A stretch of 55,715 nucleotides of DNA. Source: Marinobacter sp. GTDB taxonomy: Bacteria > Pseudomonadota > Gammaproteobacteria > Pseudomonadales > Oleiphilaceae. Below are positions 18,796-28,635 of this stretch, piece after piece. Every line of letters begins with the position of its first letter. The stretch's first letter is position 1. A model generated the notes under the pieces. That model searched no databases. It was not told the DNA's origin and saw only the letters and a list, made by a program, of their open reading frames with translations. The translations under genes and the position numbers were made by a program. Location of the stretch: the NCBI GenBank assembly GCA_041591245.1, contig JBFHSI010000001.1:1-55715 (forward strand). The letters are read 5' to 3'.

Positions 18796-19800
18796 ATGAA
18801 TCGGTGGTTTCTTCGAGGTGTCATACTGGCTATGGCGGTGATCCCGGGTGAGGTGTTGGCCCAGGACGAGGCGGTGGATGAGGCCCGGGAAGCACTGGCC
18901 CGGCAGGAAGGGGACCAGGATGCCACCAGCCAGCTGGAAGAGGTGTTCCAGGCGGCGGAAAAGAACTATTCCCTGCAGAAGCGGGGCAGCCATGCCCTGA
19001 ACTATTCCTTCGATTATTCCTACACCGGTGACCAGCGTATCGACCTGGAGATTTCCGGTGGCTCGGTCCGGAATATGGATGTGGTGCCTTCCGCCACCCA
19101 CAACTTCACCAATGCCTTTACCTATGATTACGGGCTTCTGGACAATCTCACCATAGGCACCCGTATTCCCCTGGTGGTGAAATACGATACCCAGGATGAA
19201 CTCAGTGTTTATGATTTCGGAGATGTTTCCCTGACCGGACGCTGGCAGCCGTTTGCCTATGTACCGGGGAAAATGTCCACCACCTTTTTTGCTACCCTGA
19301 GCACCAAAACCGGTGTCAGCCCCTATGAAATTGATGTCCGGGAGCAGCTCTCCACCGGCAGCGGTTATTACTCCGTCAGTGCCGGGGCCAGCCTGTCCAA
19401 AGTCCTCGATCCGGTGGTGGTTTTTGGTTCCCTGAGTGCCTCCTGGAATCTGCCGGAAACGGATCTGCAGCAGGTGCGTGGAGCCCGGCTGTTACTGGAA
19501 CTGGAGCCGGGAATGGGGCTTTCCGCTTCTGCGGGCTTTGCCTATTCGCTGTCCTACGATATTTCCTTGAGTATTTCCACCCAGCTCAGCTACACCGATG
19601 AAACCATCCTCACCTTCAGTGACGGCACCCGGGCTGTGGCCCAGGACCAGATGACCGGGTTTCTCAGCATGTCCCTGGGCACCCGGGTCAGTGATACCAC
19701 CATTATCAATACCAGCCTTGGAATTGGTCTGACGGAAGATGCCCCGGACTTTTCCCTGGGGCTGTCCCTGCCCATCAACTTCTCCGGCCTCAAAGAGTGA
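18796..19800 (+). CDS. Outer-membrane transporter (FilC/FapF-like, MetA-pathway family barrel)
   Basis: Signal peptide, N-terminal helical region, FGDVSL, TGVSPY, STGSGYYS, DPVVVFGS, C-terminal GLTEDAPDFSLGLSLP. Confidence 0.8.
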   Translation: MNRWFLRGVILAMAVIPGEVLAQDEAVDEAREALARQEGDQDATSQLEEVFQAAEKNYSLQKRGSHALNYSFDYSYTGDQRIDLEISGGSVRNMDVVPSATHNFTNAFTYDYGLLDNLTIGTRIPLVVKYDTQDELSVYDFGDVSLTGRWQPFAYVPGKMSTTFFATLSTKTGVSPYEIDVREQLSTGSGYYSVSAGASLSKVLDPVVVFGSLSASWNLPETDLQQVRGARLLLELEPGMGLSASAGFAYSLSYDISLSISTQLSYTDETILTFSDGTRAVAQDQMTGFLSMSLGTRVSDTTIINTSLGIGLTEDAPDFSLGLSLPINFSGLKE

Positions 19801-19833
19801 CGGTCGTGACTGACGCAACAGGAGAAGGGAGCC

Positions 19834-21459
19834 ATGGGAGTCAATATCTTTAAGCGCCGGGTCCTGGGATTGCTGGTGGCCTTGCCGTTATCCTGTGCCG
19901 TTCATGCCCAGCTGACCCAGAACCTCACCATACACCCCAAAGCGCTGGCCCTGGGCAATGCGGTGACCGCAGATCCGCCGGGGGTGATGGCCATTCACTA
20001 CAATCCGGCGGGACTGACCCGTCTTGATGACCGTCAGCTGGAAGTGAACCTGATGAGCGTCTATCTGGATATAGACGCAGACTTCAGTGCGCCGGAAGGC
20101 TATGAGATTTTTGGCATCGACGGACTGGCCAAGGATCCTCTGACCGGGCGCCAGAAAGATCCGGTGGCGAACAGCCACAGCCATACCAACAACGTGGCAC
20201 TCTATTTGCCCGGATACGGCATACTGCGCGCGCCCCCCGGACCGGCACTGGCGCCATCTGCAGGTATCAGCATCAATTCCCCGGGCTCCAGGCTGACCTT
20301 TGCCAATGCCTTCTATCTGCCTATGGCAGCCGGTTTCTACCGGGATGAAAATGACCCGGGGCGTTATCAGCCCCAGGCCACAGCCCTGCAGCGGATCACC
20401 TATCTGTCGCCCACAGTAGGCTATGAAATAAACGATGAGTGGTCGGTGGGGGCGGGGATTCACCTGTCCCATATGGGGATTGCCGCGGACCAGTACATGC
20501 GTGCTCCCAACCTGCTGCTGGGGGTGGCTGAAATCCTTCAGGATGCCTTTAACTGTGAGAGCGGGGACGAGCCCCTGCAGCCCTGGCTGGCCCTGTGTGG
20601 CGGTAACGTCGGCCCCTGGGATGATATCGGCGCCCTGAATATCAATGTCCAGGAAAGCCTGTCTCCCACCTACACCCTGGGGGTGATGTGGGAGCCGGTG
20701 GACTGGTTCCGCTGGGGAGCAAGCTATACCTCTGAAGCGGATATGAATCTCAAGGGCACCTTCGAGATCGAGTACACCGATGACTGGTCCGGCTTCTGGC
20801 AAAGCGTCAATGGTTCGGTACTGGGGGCCATAACCTCTGCCATTCTCAGCCTGCCCTCCGGGGCCCCCCGGGAGGCGGGTAATGTCAGCATGGACCTGGT
20901 GTACCCCCAGCATTTCCAGACCGGGATCAGCGTTGATGTTCATCCCAGGCTGACCCTGAATGCGGATATCGGCTGGACCGACTATGCCCAGTGGGATGCC
21001 TTCCTGTTCCGTTTTGACCGCAATCTGGAATTCCTCAACGCAGCCCGGATCCTGTCGCCGGATAATGCGACCCCCAGCACCCTGAAGCTGCCCCTGGGAT
21101 TCAAGAGTCAGTGGAACTGGGCCTTCGGCATGGAGTTTCACGCCTCCAGCCGCCTGGATCTGCGGGCCGGTGTGGAAATCCGGGACTCGGTGATTCCGGA
21201 TGACCAGCGCCAGGTCATGGCTCCCTTCGGTGGTGCCAACCTCTACAGCATTGGCATGGGCTATCGCTGGGACAAGAATACAGAGATTGATATGAACCTC
21301 AGTTATCTGCAATCCGTAGAGAGTATTCCTGCGGACACCAGCTGCAACCTGAACTGCGACAATATCACCAACATCATCTACAACCCCTATGCCGGCCTGG
21401 ATGTCAAAACATCCCTGAGGGTAGTGATGGCGGGGCTCAGTTTTCGCACCAAATTCTGA
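19834..21459 (+). CDS. FadL/OmpP1-family outer membrane protein (FilD/AupA-like)
   Basis: Signal peptide, KALALGNAVTADPPG..AIHYNPAGL hatch motif, C-terminal F. Confidence 0.85.
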   Translation: MGVNIFKRRVLGLLVALPLSCAVHAQLTQNLTIHPKALALGNAVTADPPGVMAIHYNPAGLTRLDDRQLEVNLMSVYLDIDADFSAPEGYEIFGIDGLAKDPLTGRQKDPVANSHSHTNNVALYLPGYGILRAPPGPALAPSAGISINSPGSRLTFANAFYLPMAAGFYRDENDPGRYQPQATALQRITYLSPTVGYEINDEWSVGAGIHLSHMGIAADQYMRAPNLLLGVAEILQDAFNCESGDEPLQPWLALCGGNVGPWDDIGALNINVQESLSPTYTLGVMWEPVDWFRWGASYTSEADMNLKGTFEIEYTDDWSGFWQSVNGSVLGAITSAILSLPSGAPREAGNVSMDLVYPQHFQTGISVDVHPRLTLNADIGWTDYAQWDAFLFRFDRNLEFLNAARILSPDNATPSTLKLPLGFKSQWNWAFGMEFHASSRLDLRAGVEIRDSVIPDDQRQVMAPFGGANLYSIGMGYRWDKNTEIDMNLSYLQSVESIPADTSCNLNCDNITNIIYNPYAGLDVKTSLRVVMAGLSFRTKF

Positions 21460-21474
21460 AGCAGGGGCCCAGCC

Positions 21475-22494
21475 ATGATATTCCCATCTGACACGAGATT
21501 TTCCATGCAGGTGCTGATCATGCTGGCTCTGTTGCTCTCCGGCTGCCAGGGAGGAAGCCCGGTGGTTTCTCCCGATGACCGCTACTTTACCTGGGTGGAT
21601 GAACAGGGGCGGATGCGTTATTCCCCCATGATCGGGAGTGGTGATCAGGGGAAGGGAGCAACCGGGAATCCGGAGCAGGAGACGGGCGCAGCCACAGCCG
21701 CTGAATCAGAATTTACGCTCGAGAACTATCCGGATGCTGACCAGCTGGCGGCTGACGGCTATGTCCGGCCCGGTACCCGGCAGCCCTATTACACCTGGCG
21801 GGATGCCCAGGGCAATATCCGGGTCAGTTACTACCAGCCGGATACCGGGACAGACAAGCACAGAGGTCGGCCTCCCACAGCTCCGGAGATTACGCCGGCC
21901 CGGGTATACCGGGCGGGTGTTGCTGATTTCCCGGACCCGTCTGTCCGTGGTGATCCGGACGTACTGGCGGTGCTGGGAATTGACGCGGATGCCGGGGACT
22001 CTCTGGCCTGGTTTTCCGGAGCCTGCTGCCAGACGCTGGACAGCAGGGACCATGAGCGCTGGCAGATGGGCCGGGAGTTCGCTGTCCATATCACGAAGGA
22101 CAGCCCCAGGCACCGGTTCGCCACGGGTCCTAGCCATTTCCGGATAGTATCCCTGTCCGCTATTGCCAACAGGCCGGATTTCATCATGGTACTGCGCTCC
22201 TACAACCACAAAGGGGTGTTTGTGCCCTCCCTGGCTTTTCTGGACCGCAATCTTGAGCCGGTCCGCCTGGTAACCGATCTGCTGGGCGTGTACGAGCCCG
22301 GGAACTGGCACCGGAGGGGGTATCTGCAAGCGCGGGTGCCTGTCTTTCCCGGGCAGGGCGAACGCTGGCTGGTGATCTTTACCCGGGACCGGGATCTGGA
22401 CGGACAGACTGTGGTGGAAACGGATCAGGGGACACTGGTGGTTCCCCATGTGGCCACCGGCGAACTGGGGCTGAACATGGCCGGGGAGGAATAG
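21475..22494 (+). CDS. Lipoprotein with MalM-like C-terminal domain (FilE-like)
   Basis: Lipobox LLSGC, duplicated YxTWxDxQG motif, FVPSLAFLD..., TGEL C-terminus. Start may be 21505. Confidence 0.7.
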   Translation: MIFPSDTRFSMQVLIMLALLLSGCQGGSPVVSPDDRYFTWVDEQGRMRYSPMIGSGDQGKGATGNPEQETGAATAAESEFTLENYPDADQLAADGYVRPGTRQPYYTWRDAQGNIRVSYYQPDTGTDKHRGRPPTAPEITPARVYRAGVADFPDPSVRGDPDVLAVLGIDADAGDSLAWFSGACCQTLDSRDHERWQMGREFAVHITKDSPRHRFATGPSHFRIVSLSAIANRPDFIMVLRSYNHKGVFVPSLAFLDRNLEPVRLVTDLLGVYEPGNWHRRGYLQARVPVFPGQGERWLVIFTRDRDLDGQTVVETDQGTLVVPHVATGELGLNMAGEE

Positions 22495-22496
22495 CC

Positions 22497-23537
22497 TCAG
22501 TCCTCCGGCCGGCTCAGGTCCAGCCAGGGCTGGGACAGCCAGTAGTAACGGCCACCCCCTGCAGGACTGGTGCAGTTGTAGCGGAAGCGGCGGCTGTGGA
22601 AGGCGGCCGGGGCCTGTATCTCGACCCGGCCGGACTCAGTTACCTGTACCGGAATCCGCCCTTGTCCGGAGGCGAAACAGCTGAGCCTGTCCGGGTTCAG
22701 GGTTGCCGGCAGTTCCAGGGAGAGAATCGGCGGGTTGGCGGTTACTATCCCGTCAGGCAGGGCCTGCAGATCCATGGGGAAAGCCCGGCTTAGCAGTTTG
22801 TCTTTGAGTGCCTCCGGCTGGCCATAGGCTTCCGCCATGGGAAACCGCGGCAAACGGGTGGGGGCGGAGCCGGGTCCGATAGGGCCCGAGTGCTGGCCAT
22901 ATCCGAACCAGCCCCGGCGGCCAATCAGGGACTCCAGAGCACTATCGAATTCTCCATAGGGATAGGCAAACAGAGGTGCGTTGGCTCCCAGTTTCCGCTC
23001 CAGAGTCTCCCTGGCTTCATCGAGACTGAGCTGTACCCGGGCCTGCCATTGGCTCTGGGGCTCATCCCGGCGTCGCGCCAGGTGACCGTGGTCAGCGCTG
23101 TGGTTGGCGATGGTAACGCTTTCATCCCTGGCCAGTTCCCTGAGCTGATCCCAGTTCATGTAGCCGGCCCGTCCCACCGCACGGGTATTGACAAAAACTG
23201 TGTAGGGAAAGCCATGGCTGGCAAGTATGGGCACGGCGTTGGTGAACACCGAAAGGTAGGCGTCATCGAAGGTGATGGCTACCCGGCTGGTTTCTGCATC
23301 CGTACCCTTCAGGGCAGCCCGGGTGCCGCTTTCCAGGGGCACCACCTCCAGCCCCAGTGCCCGGATCATCTGCAGCTGGGTGGTGAACAGGGAAACGGAA
23401 GTGCTGGTGGCTGCGGGGGTAGTGTCGCTGATGTGGTGATACTGGAGAACCACCAGATCGGCCTGTACCGGCAAGGAGAAAAGGCTCAGAGCGGCAAACA
23501 GAATGGCGCTCAGCCGGCCGGGGTGTGTCAGAACCAT
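22497..23537 (-). CDS. Periplasmic polysaccharide deacetylase (CE4/NodB)
   Basis: LQYHH, AITFDDAY, ANHSADH, FAYPYGE, LPRF motifs; signal peptide. Confidence 0.9.
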   Translation of the reverse strand: MVLTHPGRLSAILFAALSLFSLPVQADLVVLQYHHISDTTPAATSTSVSLFTTQLQMIRALGLEVVPLESGTRAALKGTDAETSRVAITFDDAYLSVFTNAVPILASHGFPYTVFVNTRAVGRAGYMNWDQLRELARDESVTIANHSADHGHLARRRDEPQSQWQARVQLSLDEARETLERKLGANAPLFAYPYGEFDSALESLIGRRGWFGYGQHSGPIGPGSAPTRLPRFPMAEAYGQPEALKDKLLSRAFPMDLQALPDGIVTANPPILSLELPATLNPDRLSCFASGQGRIPVQVTESGRVEIQAPAAFHSRRFRYNCTSPAGGGRYYWLSQPWLDLSRPED

Positions 23538-23570
23538 AATACTGCTGCTCCCTGAAAAGGCTTCCCTGGG

Positions 23571-24248
23571 TCAGGAGGCCAGACGAAAGTGGTTTCTGAG
23601 GGTGGCGAACGCCTGATTCAGTGCCTGAACGCTTTCGGTATCGCCTCCCCGGTCCGGGTGGGCCTGCATGACTGCCCGGCGGAAGCGTTGCTTGACGGTC
23701 GCGAAACTGTCCGGAACCTCTTCAAAACCCAGTACATTGGCTGCGGCAACCAGCTCTTCCGGCTGCAGGGAGGAACCCGGGCGACCGGCCCAGAAGTCGT
23801 CCATCATCCGCTGTATGGTGGATGCCGGCATCCGGTAGCCGGCAAGATCCAGATAGAAAGCCCGCAGCTTGTCGACGCTGGTGGGCGAACGCTGGCCCTC
23901 ATCACCCTCCGGCAAGGGTTCCAGGCGGATGCACATTGGGGACAGGTCCAGGGTTTCCCCGGTTTCCGAGAGCCGGTCCCGAAGCCGGTAGAGTACATGG
24001 AACAGCAGAAAATGAACCGGATAGAGATTTTCCGGCTCGCTGAAACTGACCTCTCCGATCAGTTGCCAGGGAGTCTGTTGCAGGATCCGGATCAGCTCCA
24101 GCTCCGACAGCCCGGCGGGGGCAAGGCGCAGCTCGTGTTCCACAGCCACCAGCAGGTGCTGGACCTGATCCTCCAGGGCGGCATCCAGATCGGGATTCCG
24201 GGGCAGCTCTGGTTCTGTCCCTGCCTCCGTGTGATGCGTATAATCCAC
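23571..24248 (-). CDS. DnaJ-related domain protein (C-terminal J domain)
   Basis: HFLLFHVLY motif; C-terminal AHPDRGG. Confidence 0.85.
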   Translation of the reverse strand: MDYTHHTEAGTEPELPRNPDLDAALEDQVQHLLVAVEHELRLAPAGLSELELIRILQQTPWQLIGEVSFSEPENLYPVHFLLFHVLYRLRDRLSETGETLDLSPMCIRLEPLPEGDEGQRSPTSVDKLRAFYLDLAGYRMPASTIQRMMDDFWAGRPGSSLQPEELVAAANVLGFEEVPDSFATVKQRFRRAVMQAHPDRGGDTESVQALNQAFATLRNHFRLAS

Positions 24249-24262
24249 CGTTCACTGTCCCT

Positions 24263-25186
24263 ATGAATGTCGTTGATATGTCCCAAGCCAATATTGCCAG
24301 CTCTGAATCATCCCTGTCTCCGGAACTCAAACACAGCCTGAAACCGGAACTGAACAAACTGCAGAAGCGTCTGCGCCGGGAGGTCGGGCAGGCAATTGCC
24401 GATTTCTCGATGATTGAAGCCGGTGACAAGGTGATGTGCTGCCTGTCCGGAGGCAAGGATTCCTATGCCATGCTGGATATTCTGCTCAATCTGCAGAAAA
24501 GTGCCCCTGTCTCCTTCGAGCTGATTGCAGTCAACCTGGACCAGAAACAACCGGGTTTTCCGGAAGATATTCTGCCCGGATATCTGCAGACGCTGGGCAT
24601 CGAATATCACATCATCGAGCAGGATACCTACAGCATTGTCAGGGAAAAGGTGCCGGAAGGGAAGACCACCTGCGGCCTGTGTTCCCGGCTTCGGCGCGGC
24701 ATTCTCTACAACTTTGCCGAGGAACACGGGGTCACCAAGATTGCCCTGGGACATCACCGGGATGACCTGCTGGAAACCCTGTTCCTGAACATGTTCTATG
24801 GCGGCAAACTGAAGACCATGCCGCCGGTGCTGCACAGTGATGACGGCCGTAATACGGTTATCCGCCCGCTGGCATACTGCCGGGAGAAGGATATTGCCCG
24901 CTATGGGGAACTCCGGGAATTCCCCATTATTCCCTGCAATCTGTGTGGCTCCCAGGACAACCTGCAGCGCCAGGTGATCAAGGAAATGTTCCAGACCTGG
25001 GACGAACAGCATCCGGGCCGACTGGAAAGCATGTTCCGGGCACTGCGCAATGTGGAACCCTCACATCTTGCCGATACCCGGCTGTATGATTTCCGGGAAG
25101 GCAAGCCTCTGGCCGGAGCCTCCCGGGGGGTGGAAATTGTTGAGGGGGATGCCGACTTCGGCCGGCTGGATGTTCTCAATATCTGA
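24263..25186 (+). CDS. ttcA: tRNA 2-thiocytidine(32) synthetase
   Basis: SGGKDS PP-loop, [17 protein letters not shown]. Start could be 24278. Confidence 0.95.
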   Translation: MNVVDMSQANIASSESSLSPELKHSLKPELNKLQKRLRREVGQAIADFSMIEAGDKVMCCLSGGKDSYAMLDILLNLQKSAPVSFELIAVNLDQKQPGFPEDILPGYLQTLGIEYHIIEQDTYSIVREKVPEGKTTCGLCSRLRRGILYNFAEEHGVTKIALGHHRDDLLETLFLNMFYGGKLKTMPPVLHSDDGRNTVIRPLAYCREKDIARYGELREFPIIPCNLCGSQDNLQRQVIKEMFQTWDEQHPGRLESMFRALRNVEPSHLADTRLYDFREGKPLAGASRGVEIVEGDADFGRLDVLNI

Positions 25187-25210
25187 TTTGCAGGCTCGCC
25201 GGAGGCCGGA

Positions 25211-25900
25211 CTACAGATTGGACAGGGCATGCACCGGCAGGGTCCACAACCCGAAAGCAATCAGCAGGGCCCCGGTGAGCTTGCGGAACAGCATCTGGTT
25301 CTGCAGGCCACGGATCCAGCCGGCGGCATAGCCGGTGGCGAGCATGGAGGGCAGGGTACCCAGACCGAAAAATACCATGGTCAGGGCGGCGCTGCCGGTA
25401 GTCGGCTGCAGGGCCGCCCAGCCCAGGGTGCTGTAGATCAGGCCACAGGGTAGCCATCCCCAGAGTGCACCCAGCGCCAGCGCCTGCCCCGCGTTGTGGA
25501 CCGGCAGAAACTTCCGGGTAAGGGGAGACAGCCGCTTCCAGACTGGCGCACCTGCCCGTTCCACATAACGGATGCCCTGCCACCACTGCCCCATGGACAG
25601 CCCCATGAAAATGAGTAACAGGCCCGCCAGTGCCCGCAGTACCAGCCCCAGGGACTGCCACTGGGCAGCTGCAGATGTGCTTACCAGGGCCACCAGGGCT
25701 GCGATCAGGGCGTAGCTGCCAATTCTCCCGGCATTGAATGCCAGCAACAGCAGGGTCTGGCGCAGCCGGAAGCCTTTGCCCACAGGCAGGGCCATGGACA
25801 GGGAGGCACTGATTCCGCCGCACATACCAAGGCAATGGGTGCTCCCCAGCAGCCCGATCAGGAAGGCACCAGGGTAACTGAGGTAGAGTTCCGGAGTCAT
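25211..25900 (-). CDS. TauE/SafE-like (DsbD_2) membrane protein associated with cbb3 assembly
   Basis: HCLGMCGG and GWLPCGLIY motifs; follows ccoS. Confidence 0.9.
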   Translation of the reverse strand: MTPELYLSYPGAFLIGLLGSTHCLGMCGGISASLSMALPVGKGFRLRQTLLLLAFNAGRIGSYALIAALVALVSTSAAAQWQSLGLVLRALAGLLLIFMGLSMGQWWQGIRYVERAGAPVWKRLSPLTRKFLPVHNAGQALALGALWGWLPCGLIYSTLGWAALQPTTGSAALTMVFFGLGTLPSMLATGYAAGWIRGLQNQMLFRKLTGALLIAFGLWTLPVHALSNL

Positions 25901-26148
25901 TGGGGCTTGGGCGGTTCCTGTTCCTGTCCGGCGTCATCCGCGTCTGCAGGCTTGGCGGAAGGGCTGCGCTCTGGCTGCTCCGGACGGGCATCCTCGGGAA
26001 TCATGTCAGCATCATCGTCATAGAGAATACGGTGGGCCGGTCCTTCGAGGTCATCGTACTGACCGCTCTTGACCGCCCATGAGAACAGAATGACACCCAG
26101 GGTCACCACAATCAGAACCAGTGGGATCAGGATGATTACGATTTGCAC
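25897..26148 (-). CDS. ccoS: cbb3-type cytochrome oxidase assembly protein CcoS
   Basis: WAVKSGQYDDLEGPAHRIL; GTG 26148 after GAGGTG SD. Confidence 0.9.
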   Translation of the reverse strand: MQIVIILIPLVLIVVTLGVILFSWAVKSGQYDDLEGPAHRILYDDDADMIPEDARPEQPERSPSAKPADADDAGQEQEPPKPQ

Positions 26149-26184
26149 GATATCCACCTCGTGGAAAAGGATGATGTTACGGTA

Positions 26185-28635
26185 TCAGGACAGCAGCTGG
26201 GCGCCAACCTCGGAGTTTTCCTGCTGAACCTGCTGTGCTGGCGCCTTGCCCAGACGCAGGGCGTTGAGTACCACGACCAGAGAACTGACGGACATGCCTA
26301 TGGCGGCAAGCCAGGGTGGAACCATGCCCGCAGCGGCCAGAGGCAAAGCGCAGACATTGTAGATAAAGGCCCAGATCAGATTCTGGCGGATGATCTGGCG
26401 GGTTTTCTGACTGGTTTTCAGAGCTTCTACCAGCTGCATCAGCTGGCCGTTGAGCAGTACTGCATCGGCCTTGAGCTGGGTCAGGTCGGCAGCCGAGCCC
26501 ATGGCCACAGAAATGCCGGCTCCGGCCATGGAGGGAAGGTCATTGAGACCGTCCCCCACCATCATGACCTGATGCCCCTCATTACGCAGACCCTCAAGCA
26601 CTTCCAGTTTGCGCTCCGGTGAGGCCTGGCCAATGGCCTCACTGATCCCCAGGGTTCTGGCCACCTGGGCGACATGTCCGGAACGGTCACCACTGAGCAG
26701 GAGGGTTCGGATACCCATATCCTGTAACGTCTGGATAGCCTGTGCAGCATCGGCTCTGGGCTGGTCGTCCAGAACAAAGCGGGCAAGCCACCGGTCATCA
26801 CTGGCCAGCCAGATTTCAATGCCCTGGTCATTGCCGGGTGCCGGTGCCGGGGCGCTGACATGATTTTCCACAAACTCCCGGTGGCCGATATAGAGATTCT
26901 GGTCGCCCAGCCTGCCGGACAGGCCCCCGCCCAGATGGTTTTGTACATGTTCCACGTCGGCGGCGGGCAGGCCATGGAAGACCCTGGCAATGGGGTGTTC
27001 CGAGTGTTTCTCCAGTCCGGCGGCCAGTTTCATGCACTGGTCTTCATCCAGATTGCCCAGCACCTGGTGGCCGGTCAGACTCAGTTCACCCCGGGTGAGG
27101 GTGCCGGTCTTGTCGAAAATGATGGTGTCCACAGAGTTCATGGATTCCAGGGTGTGGCCCCGGGTGGGCAGGAACCCCAGACGACGGAGCTTGACCGTAG
27201 CGGCGGTAATGGCGGTGGGGGTGGCCAGTGACAGGGCGCAGGGACAGGTTACCACCAGCACCGAGAGGGTAATATCAAAGGCGTTCTCGGCTCCGGCCAG
27301 CCACCAGCCAATCCAGACCACAGGCGCCAGTATCAGCACCCTGCCAACAAATTTTCCGGCAATACGGTCTGCCATCCGCGCCACCGGTGGTTTTTCTGAC
27401 TGGACACGGTCCAGCACCCGGAGAATACCTGACAGCCGGGTCTGGGAACCGGCTTTCATGACTTCCACATCCAGCGGGTTTTCGCCGTTGATGCTGCCCG
27501 CGTGGACGGTATCACCGGGGCCCCGGGTCTCCGGCAGATATTCGCCGGTGAGCGCAGCTTCATTGAGGGTTGAGTGGCCACGGAGGATGGTGCCATCCAC
27601 CGGCAGCGTCTCACCGGGGCGGATGCGGACTGTATCGCCGACCCGGATCTCATGGGCCGGGACTATATCGGTTTCCTCTCCCCGTACCCGGGCCGCCACG
27701 GAGGGCTGGAATCCCGCCAGGGCATTGCCGGTCAGGCCAGCGCGATACCTGGCCTGTACTTCCACATAGCGGCCAAGAAGCAGGAAGAAGGTGAACATGC
27801 ACACCGATTCAAAGTACACCTCTGCGCCTCCGAATACAGTGACCCAGGCACTGGCGCCATAGGCAAGGCCTATGGCAATGGCCACCGGAACGTCCATGGT
27901 CAGATGGCGGCTTTCGATATCCCGCCGGGCGTTCCGGAAGAAGGGCCTGGCGCTGTAGAAGACAACCGGAGTGGTAATCAGCAGGCTGAACCAGCGAAAC
28001 AGGCTGACAAACTCCGCGGACAGGTCGTTGACCATTTCGAAGTAGAGAGGGAACGCCAGCATCATGCTCTGGAAGGAGCCGATTCCGGCGATGGTGAGCC
28101 GGATCAGCATGGACCTGTGTTCCGCTTTCAGAGCCTGTTCGGCTTCATCCGCCTGATAGGGACGGGCGGTATATCCCAGTTCGTGTATGGCGATCAGCAG
28201 ATCACTGAGCCGGGTTTGATCCTGGCTCCAGACCAGTCGAGCCCTCTGGGTGGTGTGGTTGACGGAAAATGCCAGCACCCCCGGCTGTTTGTTCATGTGC
28301 TTTTCCAGCAGCCAGATGCAGGCAGCACAGGTAATGCCGCCGATCAGGAGCTGAGCTTCCTGTCCGCCTTTGACCGGAGATACAAAAGACTGCTGGACCA
28401 GTGGGTGGTCCAGTTCCCGCAAACGGGCAAGTTCAGGCTGGGTAAGCTGACGTGGAGTGACCGCAGGTTCTGTACGTATGTCGTAGAACCCGGTCAGGCC
28501 TTCGGTATGGATGGTTTCGCAAACCGCCTTGCATCCCTGACAGCAGAAATGCCGGGTTTCCCCATCCAGTTGCAGAGTAATCGGTGGCTCACCGGAGGCC
28601 GGTTCGCCACAGTGGTAACATTCCAGGGGGGTCAC
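26185..28635 (-). CDS. ccoI: Copper P1B-type ATPase CcoI/FixI
   Basis: CYHC...CCQGC, CAAC, CPC, DKTGT, GDGLND. Confidence 0.93.
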   Translation of the reverse strand: MTPLECYHCGEPASGEPPITLQLDGETRHFCCQGCKAVCETIHTEGLTGFYDIRTEPAVTPRQLTQPELARLRELDHPLVQQSFVSPVKGGQEAQLLIGGITCAACIWLLEKHMNKQPGVLAFSVNHTTQRARLVWSQDQTRLSDLLIAIHELGYTARPYQADEAEQALKAEHRSMLIRLTIAGIGSFQSMMLAFPLYFEMVNDLSAEFVSLFRWFSLLITTPVVFYSARPFFRNARRDIESRHLTMDVPVAIAIGLAYGASAWVTVFGGAEVYFESVCMFTFFLLLGRYVEVQARYRAGLTGNALAGFQPSVAARVRGEETDIVPAHEIRVGDTVRIRPGETLPVDGTILRGHSTLNEAALTGEYLPETRGPGDTVHAGSINGENPLDVEVMKAGSQTRLSGILRVLDRVQSEKPPVARMADRIAGKFVGRVLILAPVVWIGWWLAGAENAFDITLSVLVVTCPCALSLATPTAITAATVKLRRLGFLPTRGHTLESMNSVDTIIFDKTGTLTRGELSLTGHQVLGNLDEDQCMKLAAGLEKHSEHPIARVFHGLPAADVEHVQNHLGGGLSGRLGDQNLYIGHREFVENHVSAPAPAPGNDQGIEIWLASDDRWLARFVLDDQPRADAAQAIQTLQDMGIRTLLLSGDRSGHVAQVARTLGISEAIGQASPERKLEVLEGLRNEGHQVMMVGDGLNDLPSMAGAGISVAMGSAADLTQLKADAVLLNGQLMQLVEALKTSQKTRQIIRQNLIWAFIYNVCALPLAAAGMVPPWLAAIGMSVSSLVVVLNALRLGKAPAQQVQQENSEVGAQLLS

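Noticed and set aside
22497-23537. Polysaccharide deacetylase as part of the Fil-like module
   Set aside because: It is convergently transcribed and appears co-transcribed with the DnaJ-like gene; adjacency alone is not evidence.
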